Below are positions 50,089-63,450 of a stretch of 64,000 nucleotides of DNA, in pieces. Source of the stretch: Lama glama (lineage: Eukaryota); the NCBI GenBank assembly GCA_028534125.1, contig CM052817.1:103666001-103730000 (forward strand), written 5' to 3'. The notes below the pieces were generated by a model that saw only the letters and a program-made list of their open reading frames with translations, made no database searches and was not told the DNA's origin. Made by a program: the position numbers and the translations under genes. Positions within the stretch are counted from its first letter, which is position 1; each line of letters starts with the position of its first letter.

Positions 50089-50809
50089 GTTTTATTTTAG
50101 CTGTGTTGGTTTCTTTTGACATTTGTGACTTGGATCAAGACCTAACATTGGACAGCTGGTGTGGTGTTCACTTTTACTTAGTTTTTCCTATTTTAGAGGT
50201 TCTTTTTGGCCTTAGGTCTAAATTTTCCCCACCCATGCCTCTATTTGAACAGCTTCTGTGGGTCTTTTTTTTTTTTCCTTCCATTCTCTTCCAAATGAAG
50301 TGTTTTCTCAATAGGAATCAACAACGATTCTAAATCAGACAACTCAGAGGACTACTAGTTTCCATGGATTTATGATTGACTTTCATTAGAGGGTGCTACC
50401 TCAAATGCTTTCAAAATCTGTGCGGGGAAGAGAGTGTGTGGCGGCAACAGGGGTGGGAATCAGATGCGGGTGGTAGAAACTTCAAACTGACAAGCCTACC
50501 ACCTGCCTAAAAACGTTAAAAAAAATCAAAACAAAGTGCCATGTTGTCAAAACAAAACAGGTCTTCAGAATAAATTCAGATGCCGCCATTTTTCCATGCC
50601 CTTGACTTTGAAAGTCTCACACTGGTCGATTTGCAGCCACTGCCTCAGTGGTTTATGACATCAGAGCGACACTACTTTAGTGACCCTACAGTAAAACGTT
50701 GTGTGCACATCAGAACACAATATGCTGCAAGACAGACACGTTGGGCTACACTGGGAAGAGCAAGAGTAAGTGTGGAGTGGGGAGAAAGAGAATGCGCAAG
50801 TGCCTACTA

Positions 50810-50960
50810 CCACATGACCTTGCATACTCTACCACGCTTCTCTGAGCCTCTGTTTCATGTGTAAAATGGATGTCAAGTACCTCTTTCAGGAGATCATCTC
50901 AAGGTTTAAATGAAATAATACTTGTAAAACTTTATTCAATGCTTGGTATGTAGTATGCAT
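50810..50960 (+). mobile_element. MIR fragment
   Basis: TGACCTTG...TTCTCTGAGCCTCTGTTTCATGTGTAAAATGG...AAATGAAATAATACTTGTAAA. Confidence 0.75.
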
Positions 50961-52129
50961 TAAATAAATAATATATGGTGGAAATTACTGGGAGCATTCT
51001 GAAGACGATGGGGCTTCTCTAGTGTTAATATTTGCACCTGGTGGCAGGAAATGTGATGGAGAGATGCATTCCCTTTCCTCTTGCAGCCCCAAGGCTGTTG
51101 ACTCGTCCCTTGTCCACGGCTAATTGCAAACGTCCAACAGAGATTGCTCACAGCTGAAAACTACATCCTGAAGCTACTAAATTAAAGGCACATTCTTACT
51201 GTTTTTTTTTCTTCCTTTTCCCCCCTCTTTCCTCACTTCTTGCTTCCAGTCATGGTAACTACTTCTCCTGAGTTTTCTAAATGACAATCCCACCCAAGGT
51301 TATGGAGTGAACCGATGCTCTGGGTCTGAGAACAGGGAGGTGGAATGAGAGGGTCCCTTTAAGATGGTCAAAAATGGACTTCAGGATGGGTTCAGCTGGG
51401 CACCTTAGACCCTCCAATATGCCTCACAGAAGGACTGACACCAAACTCCTCTGAGATGGAGCTGGGTTTCTTAGCAGTTGAGTGCCTTAGCTTTAGAAGG
51501 TCCCTGCAGCAGTCCTGGGGCAGCTGTGTATTCAAAGGAGGGGTGGCCAGGTCCATCCCTCTTTCCCACACATGAGCTCTGTGAAAAGAGGGTCACCAAG
51601 GAGAAGGTGAAGGGAGCCGTGGCAAAGCGACAGTTACTGCGTTGTGGTAGGGGTATCTGCACTTGATTATCTTTCGGAGATAAAGTTTTCAATCATAAGT
51701 GAGGGGAAATTTGTTGGATTGGATTGAACACACCGCAACAGGTAGAATAAGGTTTTTGGTCTGAGTAGGGATGGGAGGTGGACTGAGACCAGCAGTTTTT
51801 AAAACATAGCAAGCTTCAAGGAGCACATATCTGATGTCGTACTGTTCAGTTCGTACATGCCATGCATACTCTCTGAGCCATTTTCTCTGCTCTGCTTTTA
51901 TGTGTTTACCCTAATCTGCTCACTCTGTATTATCCCAATACCCTCGCGAGTGGCTGCGTGCAACTTACAATTAGAGAGTACCAGCGCGTGAACAGCATTC
52001 ATTTCTGCTCGGTACTGCTTAATTCCTCTGATGATCACATCGACAACCTTGCCCTCATTACAGAGGACTCAGAAATACTGTCTGAATACCTAACGGGAGT
52101 CGAGTAGAGGACTACGCTCACTTTTGCAT

Positions 52130-52635
52130 TTCTTCATTCACAAGTAAGATTTACTGAGAGCCTACTTTGTGCTGGATACTCTTCCAGGTGCAGGAAGTGC
52201 ACCGTTGAACAAAACAAAGGCCTCATTTTATCAGTTAACATCCCAGCAGAGCAAGGCAGACCAAAAAGAAAAAAAAAATCAATAGCTATATTCTATGTCT
52301 AAAATGGAGAAAAAAGAAACAGAGCAGGTAGGCTGAGACAAACAGCCGGGAGCTGTGTGGGTCTGGAATAGCCACCCCCACGTCCATGGCTGAGGTGACA
52401 GTTTTACGATGGCCTTGAGGCATGTGTGAGGGACAGCAAGGGGACCTCCGTGGCTGGACCTAAAGAAGCTGGAGGCAGTGGAAGTAGATGACATCAGAGA
52501 GGACCTCAGGGGCCAGGTCACGACCAGTTTTTGCAGGTTCTGGTCAGCATTTTGGATTTTATTCTACCGAGACGGAAAGACACTAGAAGGCTTGAATACA
52601 GAACTGATATTTTAAAAAGATCATTGCTCCCGTGG
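52130..52635 (-). mobile_element. L2 3' fragment
   Basis: TTCATTCAC...ATTTACTGAGAGCCTACTTTGTGCTGG...GAACAAAACAAAG...TTTGGATTTTATTCT. Confidence 0.7.
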
Positions 52636-52930
52636 GGGTGGGGAGAAGGTTGATGGTGCTAACCGGGTCGCGATGAGCACCTTGTCGTCTTGTCTGCAGA
52701 CACAGGGATGACTCATAAAATCAGTCCACAGACTATGTTCTGTATTTTTAAGGCAAACTGAGCACCACACTTGCTGCTCTGTGGTGTGATATTATGCCTT
52801 CTGTGATGCCATGACTGAAGGATTTTTTTTCCTCCAAGGGGATCTTTAGTTTAGTTCGTAAAATATTCTGTCCTGCTGTCAAAGTTGTGGTGATACTGAA
52901 ATCTGAACCTGTTCTGTTCTGCTCCTTTCA

Positions 52931-53180
52931 TTTTTTTTAATTGAAGTATAGTCAGTTTCAGTGTGTCAATTTCTGATGTACAGCACAATGTCCCAGTCAT
53001 GCATATACATACATATATTCATTTCCATATTCTTTCTCATTAGAGGTTATTACAAGATATTGAATATAGCTCCCTGTGCTGTACAGAAGAAGTTTATTTC
53101 TTAATCTATTTTTATGTATAGGGGTTAACATTTGCAAATCTCAAACTCCCAAATGTATTCCTTTCCACCTCTTTCCCCCA
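52931..53180 (-). mobile_element. Lineage-specific L1 3' end
   Basis: TTTTAATTGAAGTATAGTCAG...GTACAGCACAATGTCCCAGTCATGC is the same terminus as 3684 and 23946. Confidence 0.9.
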
Positions 53181-54689
53181 GTTCATTCTTTACATCTCAT
53201 AAATGCCTTATCAGACCTCGGTCTATTTGCTAGGATTGAACAGTGGTGGTAAGTATCTTAGCTTGATAGGTTCTAATTTACAGTACCATGACTTAAACTT
53301 GCATGTATGAAGGCTGAGACTTTTTCAAGTTTTATTAAGAAGTTTTGGATAATGTCAAAAATGAGCAGTCCAGCTGGTTTCCACAGAATTACAAATTGAA
53401 GCACCCCAGAGATGAGCAAAATCAGACAGTTTAGAAAGAAGGAAATAAAAGTGAAAAGAAACAATTTTTAACAAGTTATAAATATTCAGTTATGGCCAAG
53501 AGAGAGTTGGGGTCAAAGGTAAAGGGACAGGTGTGAACCAGGCAGGGACTCCCAGGAGACAGTGAGATAGCACCACCTTTAGACCAGCTTTGAAATATCT
53601 TGGTGATTCTCATTAAATGTTCTTTATTTTTAGAACAAGCTGAAATGTTACTGGACTATCATGAAATGGCTAAAAGTAGGATAATATATTCACTGCAGAA
53701 GTTAGGAAGGCCTTAGGGAAAGAGAATATGACATTTTCCCTCACAGCTGAGTTTCCTGGCGAATTAGGCTCTAAATGTCCGTGAGAAATTATTACTGAAA
53801 AATGAGATCACACCCAAATACTAAATAGAATATATTGTCACTGAAGACAAACTTGCATATTTTATTCTTTCCTATAAAACAATAAATTATGCCACTTTTG
53901 TCAGTAATGGACCATTAGTGAGCCAAAATTTAATTCAAAATGAAGGAATTAAGTCAATTTATTCTATGAGGGGAATAATAAACGAGAAATATGACCTTTC
54001 CAACTTAAAGAAGTAAAAAGTTTTGTTATTCTGATTGACGTCTTTTTAGGAGATGCACAACTTTTGATAATTTATACCATTGTTACATCCTTTTTGACCC
54101 TTCCAATCAATGTGAAAATATTTCACAATTAATAATTATAAATATATTTCTTCCAAATACAACTACATATCTTAGTTTCCACATATTATTTTATTTAAAA
54201 AATGTGAAAGTCTGTCTATAGTGACTTATCTCTTTTGCCCTCCAGGGTGATGTACTGATTCCAATCCCCAGATACCGGGCTGTTAGAGTTAAATGGAGAG
54301 AAATCCTCTGTGTAAACCATGTAGATGGACACCCAGGAAATGGATGGCCACGGGAGGCTGGTTTAATCTCTTTAATTATAATTTTCTTCATCTGCAGAAA
54401 GGCAGTTACAGAAAGAGTAAATGAAATATTATATGTAAACATGTAGGGCAGTAGAAGCTCCATAAATTTTGGGTTCTCTGTCTGTGCTATCGAGTCAGTT
54501 GAGAGATATCATGATGGTAGTTACAAATGACATAGAAGTGGCTCCTGAGTGGTAAATTCATGGATTTAAGGGGACAAGGAATTGAATTGTCATTCCTTGA
54601 ACTGTAATCTTACAGTTAACATGATATATTTTCCACCTCCAAGCACAGGCAGTTTTGCAGATTTTGGAGTAAATGGCTTGTTTTGGTCT

Positions 54690-54760
54690 GTCTTTCTTTC
54701 TTCATTCTCCTTCCTTCCTTCCTTCCTTCCTTCCTTCCTTCCTTCCTTCCTTCCTCCCTC

Positions 54761-54823
<63 letters not shown>

Positions 54824-54839
54824 CTCTCTCTTTCTTTCT
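54690..54839. repeat. Compound (CTTC)n/(CTTT)n microsatellite
   Basis: Almost pure pyrimidine tetranucleotide array. Confidence 0.97.
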
Positions 54840-54894
54840 AGTTATTAAGTGAGAAAATTGGCTAATTAATTTTTAGCTGTGAAACCATGAATTA

Positions 54895-55960
54895 TATAGA
54901 AGCATGTTTTTTAAGTTTCAAAATTTAGAAATGGAGTAGTTACTTCAAGGAATCAATATCAATTACTGAGAAGGCTGTATTAAAATCTTCCCTGATATTA
55001 TATTTGTCAGTTTCTTCTTGAGATTCAGTCTCTTTATTTTTTTGCTTTATGTATTTTGAAACTATGTTATTGGTGTGCATAAAAAATATATACATTTGAT
55101 CAGTTTGAAGTTATTGCTGTCTATTTCTATTTATCCTACATTTTCTGTGTTTGTTTTTCTTTCTTGCCTTTTCTTGGATAAAATTTTATTTTGTTAGATT
55201 TTGGGTTTGTTCCATTTTCTCCTGGTTTGAAAATTATATTGTTTTGGAAACTCTGTTACACTAAAAAATTAAATGTGCTTATTACATACAACTAAGTTTA
55301 TGTCTAATAACTTTATTCTCTTCCCAAACCAAACAAGGACTTTCTAAATGCTCTAACATCAACTGATACTTCATACAGTCATCATTTATTTAGACTTCAC
55401 TATGTTTACCATTTTCTTTGTTCATTTGTCTTTTTTTTTTTTTTCGGTACATTTTACTTATTCCTTCTGGGATTTTTTAAAAATCCTAAAACATTCCTAA
55501 AAAGCTTAGTGGAGATTTTTAAATTATAAGCTCTCATTTGTTTGGTCTGAAAAGACATGATTTATTCTTTTTTTGAAAGGTAGCTTTGCTGTTTACAGAC
55601 TTCTAGATGGTGAGTTGTTACTATCAACATTTTGAAAATACAATTCCACTGTTTTCTAGATTGTATTGTTTTTATTGAGAAATCAGATGTCAGTCTGATA
55701 CTTCTTTCTTTGTAAGTAATTTTTATTTTTTCTTGAGTTGACTTTAAGATCTTTTTTGTCTCTTTGTTTCTCTTTTTCTATGTTCTTTGTCATGTTTCTT
55801 AGCTATACTATGAAATGATGTTAAAAAAAGAAATTCTGCTAAACATTCACATGGTTTCTCGAATCTGTGTCTTGGAGTGTTAAATCAGTTCTGGATATTT
55901 TTCAGTTGTTATCTCTCCAAATATTTTCTCTTCTCTGTTCTATCTCTTCTCCTTATGAAG
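54895..55960 (-). mobile_element. Very old L1M fragment
   Basis: T-rich tract with L1M-like motifs (TTTTGAAACTATGTTATTGGTG, TTGAGAAATCAGATGTCAGTCTG, TTTAAGATCTTTT). Confidence 0.6.
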
Positions 55961-57190
55961 CTCCAATTCAATCTGACGGGTCAGATATGCTCACCCTGTT
56001 CTCCATATCTCATCTGTTCAGTGATTGCTAACAGCATTCCCCTCTCTCTTTCTCTCATAGATAAAGAAACCCAGCTTTGCAGATAAGAAAGAGGTTTCCT
56101 TTGCAAAGATAGAGGCACAAACTCCTTATTTGGAATCTCCTCATCCTTGTTTGATATACAGTCTCTTTGCCAGACGCTTCTTCTTGATGAATGTTTTCAA
56201 ATCTGCATATGATGAAGTTTAGACAGTAAGAGGCTACAAATACTTTTATACCATGTTTCATTTCGTTAATTCCCTTGCTGTTACGTTTTTAGCAACTCTC
56301 AGTCTCAGCTCTTGTCCAACTTGGATGTTTCTGTACTTCTGGCTACAGTGACATAATACATTGAATTTCTTTGCTTGCTCAGATTAGAAGGGGTATTATC
56401 CTACCTGTAAGAGGGTCAGTGAACGAGGGGCAGGAGTACCTTTGCATGACAAAGTGACATCTCCTTTGTGTGTCATTAAGTTAGAATACTAGGAACTTCT
56501 CTGTATTTTATTATCATAGGCAACAGTGTGTTGATAAGAATTAAAAAAAATTCTTTACGAAGGTCCTGGAGAATTGGGATAATAAATTGTCTGTCATCAA
56601 CATACACAAAGAGTTCTAATTAATAGCTTTTTATTTTGATGGTGATAAATTTACTATATCTCTGCTTTATTAAAAGGATAATAAAGTTGGGTTCCTTACT
56701 TTTGTTTCTGATTACTTTTTTGAAGATAATCAATTCATATTGTTAGAGGGAGTAAGACAGAATGAGTTAGCAGGACTTAGGTTTACTTAAGATAAACAGG
56801 CTTTAAAAGAAAGGAAGTCTGTGTTTTTTGAGTAGATTCATGATTTTGGGCCAATGAGGACCACGAGAATGCACATTTTACCATTTAATCACTAGTTTTT
56901 TTAATTGAACTTACTAATTTATTATTAATTAATTTTAATAATTTGCTAGTTTTATAAGCCAACAATGATAGCTTGTTTTAATTTTTATTTCTTTATATTG
57001 AGTGAATGCAAACATTATTTACAAATAATTATTGTGTTTTTCAAGATATAAGAAACATGCCAGACACATACTTTAGATGAGACCTGGTGCATTCAGGGTG
57101 GTGTGGCAGTAGACACGTATTTTAGAAACAGAGATTTTGGGATGCCCGGTAGATAGCATCAAGTTCCATAACTGATTTCCCTTGTTTCAG

Positions 57191-57329
57191 GTGCAGAAGT
57201 TAGTAGCAGAAACAACTCAATGTAAAAATCATGGAATGCTTCATGAAGGAGATGGTGACTTGGATGATGAGGATTTATGCTCATATATTGCCTAAAGTAG
57301 TGAGAATTAAGTATCAAAACAGGAGACAA
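57191..57329 (+). other. Candidate 139-nt internal exon
   Basis: Branch point and acceptor AACTGATTTCCCTTGTTTCAG|G; donor CAA|GTAAGT; ATG in a strong Kozak context (ATCATGG) at 57231, open to the donor in phase 0. Confidence 0.35.
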
Positions 57330-58435
57330 GTAAGTAGGTTGGAATTTTTACCCAGAGCATTGATGTGGGTGGCATTTGTTCAGAGGGGGAGAGAGACCAC
57401 ACTGAATAATATGATACAGAAATTAATTGTATGTGAACCAGAAATCTACATCAAACAAGTTAACACTTTGGGAGATTTCAGATCATCTGTAAAGTCTAGA
57501 GTAGCCTTGACCATGGGCTAGACTTGTTGAAAGGAGTAAACGAAGAAATTAAGTCTGGCTGAGAAGGATGAGTTTCCCTGGCTTATGTATCTGCTCCCAC
57601 GTCCTCTGGAGGAGAAGCAGAGTTGAGTAGACAGGACGGAGTTTACTTTGTGAACAGAGTCACGATGGGCTAGAGAGCTCCTCTCTGCTGAGCCAGGAGA
57701 GAGGATTTTCAATTTGGAAGTAGCCCAGCATACTTTTCCTGTTTCATTGATATATAGATAATAGCTCAAATAAGAGGCAGATGACCAAATCTTTTAACTT
57801 TTGTGCTGGAAAATATTATTCTGAAGTGCCTAGTCGAGTCAGACTGCTCTTAAACACTCAGACACTGGACGTGACTGTTAATACAGGGGAGTGGATGGGC
57901 TGGTGAATTGCTATGTATAATCTTCTCTTAGTGCTTTATCTCTAGTTTCTACTGCATGTCAAGTCAAGGCTGTTCGAAAACAGTGATTGGCTTTCTGATT
58001 GCAGCTACCTTGCAGTTGTGTTCTTTCTTTCAAAGACCAGGGAGGTGGCAGAGCAGAAAAAAGAAAGCCTTCCCAGGTTGTCATAGACATGGAAGACTGA
58101 ACAACTGGAAACCATCTACACTTGGAGCATTCACCCTCTGGGTGTGTCAGCAAAGTGAAAAAGAAATGCGAGGGGAACATTGCCTTCCACTTCACCTTCC
58201 ACGCTGGAGGGGGATGAGATGGTCACGTCATCTTCCACGGAACTCCACGTGCTGCCTCATCCTTTGTGGGTCTTTACAAGCCCTGGTTAGAAACTTCTCA
58301 TTCAGCTTTTATCAAGGAGAGAGACTGAATTTGCTGGCCAAGGTGAGGATATTTGTGATGTTTCTGATGTCCAGAATAAGGTAACAGGTGAAGCACTTCC
58401 TTTATGGAATGCTCCCGGCACAAGACCTGTTTCTC

Positions 58436-58441
<6 letters not shown>

Positions 58442-58474
<33 letters not shown>
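58442..58474. repeat. (GT)n microsatellite
   Basis: About 15 GT units. Confidence 0.97.
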
Positions 58475-58478
<4 letters not shown>

Positions 58479-58794
58479 CTTTCAAGGCATCACCATCGCA
58501 GACAATTCACCCATTGAAACTGCTGATAGAAACAAACTCAGTCAGGAAAACAATTTTTTTTTGGTGGCACTATTATATAATGAGAAGGATGATAATATAT
58601 TCTAGTGTCTTCCACTTAGTTTATTGCTTTCTTCACAATCCTACCCCACTACCTTTTCTCTCTCCTCTCCATTCCAATAAACTTTTTTGCCTGTTCCTAC
58701 CTATTTGGTTACCATTTTCTCTACCTCTGTCCTTCTAAGTACTCTTTTGATTTATGTGGAGTTAGTTTTCCTTTGTCCTTTAAAACTCTCTCAG

Positions 58795-60445
58795 GAACTG
58801 CCACCGGATTCCGCGTTGCTGTTATTGGATGTGCCGACTGCGTTCTTGATCTAAAGTCTGGATTGTAGTTTCAATTACACGGCTGAGGATTTACCTACTA
58901 ATTGATTTGGGATATGAATTCATTCTTCAGGTGAACGACTTAAACATGCCTGGTGAAAAGCCTCTAATGGGGAGGAAAAAAAAGCAGACAAAACAACACG
59001 AATGTCTCACTTGCTCATTTCTCAAGCAATGCAGGGGAGACATGTAAATAACGGAGCTATTTATATCAGCTGCCACTTTGCTTTACCCAAGAAGTAATTC
59101 TGTGGCTACTTTGAACAATGCTGCCTGGCAGCAATATGGATGGGCGATAACTGTAAAACATTCTCTGTGTCAAGAACTGTACGTTTTAATGCCATTTTTC
59201 ATTTTAATGGAGTTGGAAGCTTTGAGAACAGTCCTGGTGGAAATCTTCAACCGGCCCTGAATTCACTGTTACATTATACAGTTAAAGGAAAAGGCAACCG
59301 TTTTGTCTCTGCAAATACACAGTCATGTGCACAACCAGCTCTTTAACTGAGAGTGAAAGAAGGAAAAATAACTTCAGCGTTTCGGAACTTCATATTTCTC
59401 ATTGGATATAGGATTTCCCCCTGAATTAAACATGCAAACTTCTGTAGTATTTAAGTTTGTTGCTGTTTTGCTAAATATTTGTTGAAACGTGTATTTTGCT
59501 TTCTTGGAAAACATCCTCTTTTCTAGGCTGTGTGATTCCTTCCTGAAGTTCCTTTTCTTTTAGTAAATGTCTTTACTGAGCTGATAGTTCCTGTGCTTGA
59601 GGATATACGTTTTTATGGTTTTATAAGTGGATTCATTTCCTTTCTCCCTGTCTCTTCTATTGTTGACTACACTTTAAAAAATCCAAAACACATTCAGTTA
59701 GCTCACTGAATACATATTTAGAGATAATGGAATGTAAAAATGGGATATTTAATTCTTTTCTTTGGTGCACAGTATTAAAAAACTTTGTAAATAGTTTTTG
59801 TTTTCTTTTGTTTCCGTTATACATTGGGTATTACAAAAATGGATACACTTTGTAAATTATTTTGTGTTCTTTTGTTTCATTTCTACACTGATGTATTATA
59901 AAAAAAATTGATACTATGCCTATATGGGAAAAAATTCTCTTCATTACCGGAACCAGGAAACCTGGTTTAATCCATTTTCAATGTGCACTGACACAAAAAA
60001 GAACAATTCTATCTCTTCAAAAGCCATGCTGTAGAGCTGGTGTTCTGTCTTGAGAAAGTACAATCTTTAGTGTAAAGAATGCATATATTCATAAACTGCA
60101 ACCTTGTGCAGTTAGTGAGATTCCAGCCACGGCTTCTTCAGTGGCATAGCCTAACATCATTTCACTTATCTGGGTTGCATTTTCCTCACTGGTGAAACCG
60201 GAAGCCATACTGGTCTTACTTTGCCGAGCTAATCAATGACAAATGTTTTGCTGTGTGTGGCTCTTTTCCAATGCAGGAATTGAGTTTGTTTCTAACTTTG
60301 CACATCGTCACATGATAGCTCTTCTGTGACCTTGTGAAGCCCATGTGATGCGTCAGTGGATTTGAATATACTGTCAAGATAAGGAGATTGACTCATCTTA
60401 CAGTACTCCTGTGATGCATAACCAATAAAAAAGAATTTCTCTCTT
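58795..60445 (+). other. Candidate terminal exon with 3' UTR of an unidentified plus-strand gene
   Basis: Pyrimidine-rich acceptor ...CTTTGTCCTTTAAAACTCTCTCAG|G; five CpGs in the first 50 nt; all three frames stop within 75 nt; then largely repeat-poor AU-rich sequence with TGTAAATA (59043, 59786) and AATAAA (60424-60429). Confidence 0.45.
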
Positions 60446-61549
60446 GAGAAAAATCACGAAAGACATCGTAAATGCTACCCAGCAGTGTTATAATTCTGCC
60501 TTCCCATCATAGCCTCTGGGATTAATGCATTCATGAATACCAATAACACACTGGCTTTAGAACAGAGTAAGCAAATGTAATTTTCCTGCCCCTTCATGCC
60601 ATCAAAATGCTCCTATTTCCTGAAATAGTTCATTCAGGTTTTCAAGAATTGATAAGAGTGTACATCATTTATTGTACGTGTGTAACTCCATTGCTTAACA
60701 CTTTCACAAACCTAGAGCATTCACAAACTTGTCGTCCCTACAGATTCACTGCTATAGGAACAAAAATAGAAACACAAGCTAAAAGGTGTTTAGAGGACAT
60801 TCTTGGAAATGCCCTCTGATCATGGGGAGAAAACAAAATCTTACATGGTCAAGCGATTTTATTTGAAATCTGCTACTCACGCGGAGTACCAATCTGCCAT
60901 CGCAGGAGGAAACTGGAAAGCCAAAAAGATGCATAGAACTACTTTCTAAATCTCCAAAAGGACCAGGTGAGAAACAGCATCGTTCAGACTCCTGCTGGAG
61001 GTCTGGGATGTGTTTGAATCACGGGGAAGTGCTTTGTTCTTATCCTGCCTCCGCCTTGAGGTAGAACTCAGCAACCTGACTCATCCTTTCCCAGCGTGCG
61101 CCTGCCCAAAGCAGACACAATTGCACTGCTCATAGCAAGTTAATTAAATTTTACTTAAGGTTTAATGAGGAACAGGAAGGGTGTTAACATTGGGCACCAC
61201 AGGGCAAACTTCACGAAGTTGCCATTGGATGTCCTCCCCTCCACACTTCCCTCTCACTCTGAGCTGCTTCATCTCTTTCCTGTCTTCCCACCTCAACTCC
61301 TCTGTATCCCCAGATTAAAGCTGAATTTTCCAAACCTTCTCTGTAGAGCCAGCCAGGTCATCCCTGCCTGTCCTGTTTAGCCAAACAAAACCCCAGCTGT
61401 GCCGATGTTGTCTTTAGACAGTAGGTCCACGACTGGAGAACGCTGCCCCTGCTGTCACTTGGGAAATCCTGCCTTTGGGGGGCTCAGGAGGGAACACAGA
61501 AATTCCTCCAACTCAAATAAAATGTTTCTCCTGTAACTTATGAACAATT

Positions 61550-63450
61550 AAAAAGACTATTTATTAAGAACACACTTTTGTGGAACAGACAGTATGATAG
61601 GCATTTGAGGATGGCAAATAACAACACAACCAGAAACAAGGCTGATGCCCATATAGAGGTCACTGTTGGGCAGGAAAGATAGTCATTAACCAAAGATGAC
61701 ACAGATGAATGTACAATCACAATGGGGACAGGAATGAGGATGGAGATGATAACACAGGTGATACAATTATCCTGGCCAGGGGTGGCAAGGGACTCTTCTC
61801 TGAGAGGCTGAGACCTGAGGGAAGAGTATGATTTCAGTAAGCAAAGAAAGGGGTGGCTGGTGAGTTGTTCCAGACAGTGGGAATAGTATGGGCAAAGAAG
61901 TATGATCATTTAATGAAACAAAAGGAGGTGAGTGAGGCTGGGGCATGGAAGGTGAGGGGGAGCATGGTGTGAGATGAGCCAGAGAGAGGAACGAGCTGGT
62001 CTTGGCTGGTCCTTGCCAGGCCAAGTTAAGGATTTGGGTCTTTAAGTCCTTTTGAAGGCTTTTAAACTGAGACGGGGCATGGGGAGAAAGGATGTGACAC
62101 ACCACATTTATAATTGGAATGCAATAGCTCTGAACAGAAGTAGGGAATGAATTGGTGGATGGGGGCGGACAAGTGGATAGGGACAAGTCACTGGAAAGCT
62201 CTTGCAGTAGTCCAGTGTGGACGGAAGTGGATACAGGTGAGAGCTGACCTAGGTTTGATAGGGAAAGAGAGGAGGGGAGGTCTCAGGGCTGACTGACGGG
62301 CTTGAGGCTTGCATAAGAGGACCAGGGAAGGCGTCACGTTCATGAGATGAAGACACTACTGGACACAGTCGTCTGGGGAGGGAGGCCATGATGTCTCTTT
62401 TAATATGTTGATCTAGAGATGCATTTGAGAAATACTTATGGAGACTGGCTACATGAGCCCAGAGTTCAGAGAAGAGGTCTAAGTTGGGCATATAATTTAG
62501 AGTCATTCCCATACGGTAGCTTTGTTGTTGTTCTTGTTAACTTAAAAACAGATTTACTGAGATATAGTCCACATATACCATACAATTCACCCATTTAAAG
62601 TGTATAATTCAATGGTTTTTAATGTATTAAAGATATATGCAACCATCATCACAATCTATTTTAAAACACTTGCAACTTCCCTAAAAGAAAATTTGTATGC
62701 TTTAATTATCACCCCAGCCTTCCCTCACCCCAAGCCCTAGGCAACCACGAACCCAATGTCTTTTCCCATAGGTCTCCCTATTCTGGACACTTCATAGGAA
62801 TGGAACTATGCAACACGTGGCCTTTGGTGCCTGGCTTCTTTCCCTTAGGGTCACGTTTTCATGATTCATCCATGTTGTGTTTCCTTCTTGTTATGTCTGA
62901 ATCATGTTTCATGCACCACATTTGTTTGTGTCTCCATTAGTCATTCATTGCTTTTTGGTGCCCTAGCGACAGGTGTGATTAAGAAAAGATGATGGTGTAA
63001 GAAGCAAATTGAGTTTCAGCCCAAACTTGAGGAGTTTCTCGCAGTTAATGGCTGAACAGCAGAGGATGAGTTTGTACAGGAGAACTTTCCAGCTGTTCCT
63101 TCTTTGTCTCCTGTACAAACTCATTCTAGATAGGAGAAAAACGTAGGGATTTTGTCTCATGGAAACTACAGCACTTCAAAAAGGAGGGAGAGCTGAACAG
63201 TGTCAGGGTGTGAAGTTCAGGGAGATGGAGACTGAAAAGTGTCTCTTACGTTTGTGGGTGTGAAGTCCATCAGTGACCTTCGTAAGTGCCATTTTGGTGG
63301 AATGAGGGGGGTACAGACCATACTGGAGTGGATGGGGGTGCCCAGATGAGGAAATGGGGATAGAATAACAAGAAAAGAGAAAAGGCAGTTTGGTAGGTGG
63401 AGGATAATTGTGGTCAAGAAAGGTTTATGGAATCCTCACCAAACCTGAAC
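61550..63450 (-). mobile_element. L2 LINE fragments interrupted by an L1MB
   Basis: Purine-rich antisense L2 motifs (GGCTGAGACCTGAG, TGTTCCAGACAG, GGATTTGGGTCTTTA, TTGCAGTAGTCCAG, GAGTTCAGAGAAGAGGTCT). Confidence 0.7.
62520..62945 (-). mobile_element. L1MB-like 3' end
   Basis: TTTACTGAGATATAG...ATACCATACAATTCACCCATTTAAAGTGTA...CCCTAGGCAACCAC...TTCTGGACACTTCATA. Confidence 0.85.

Noticed and set aside
54582..54848. ORF with SFLP/SFFL repeats
   Set aside because: It is a translation of the microsatellite.
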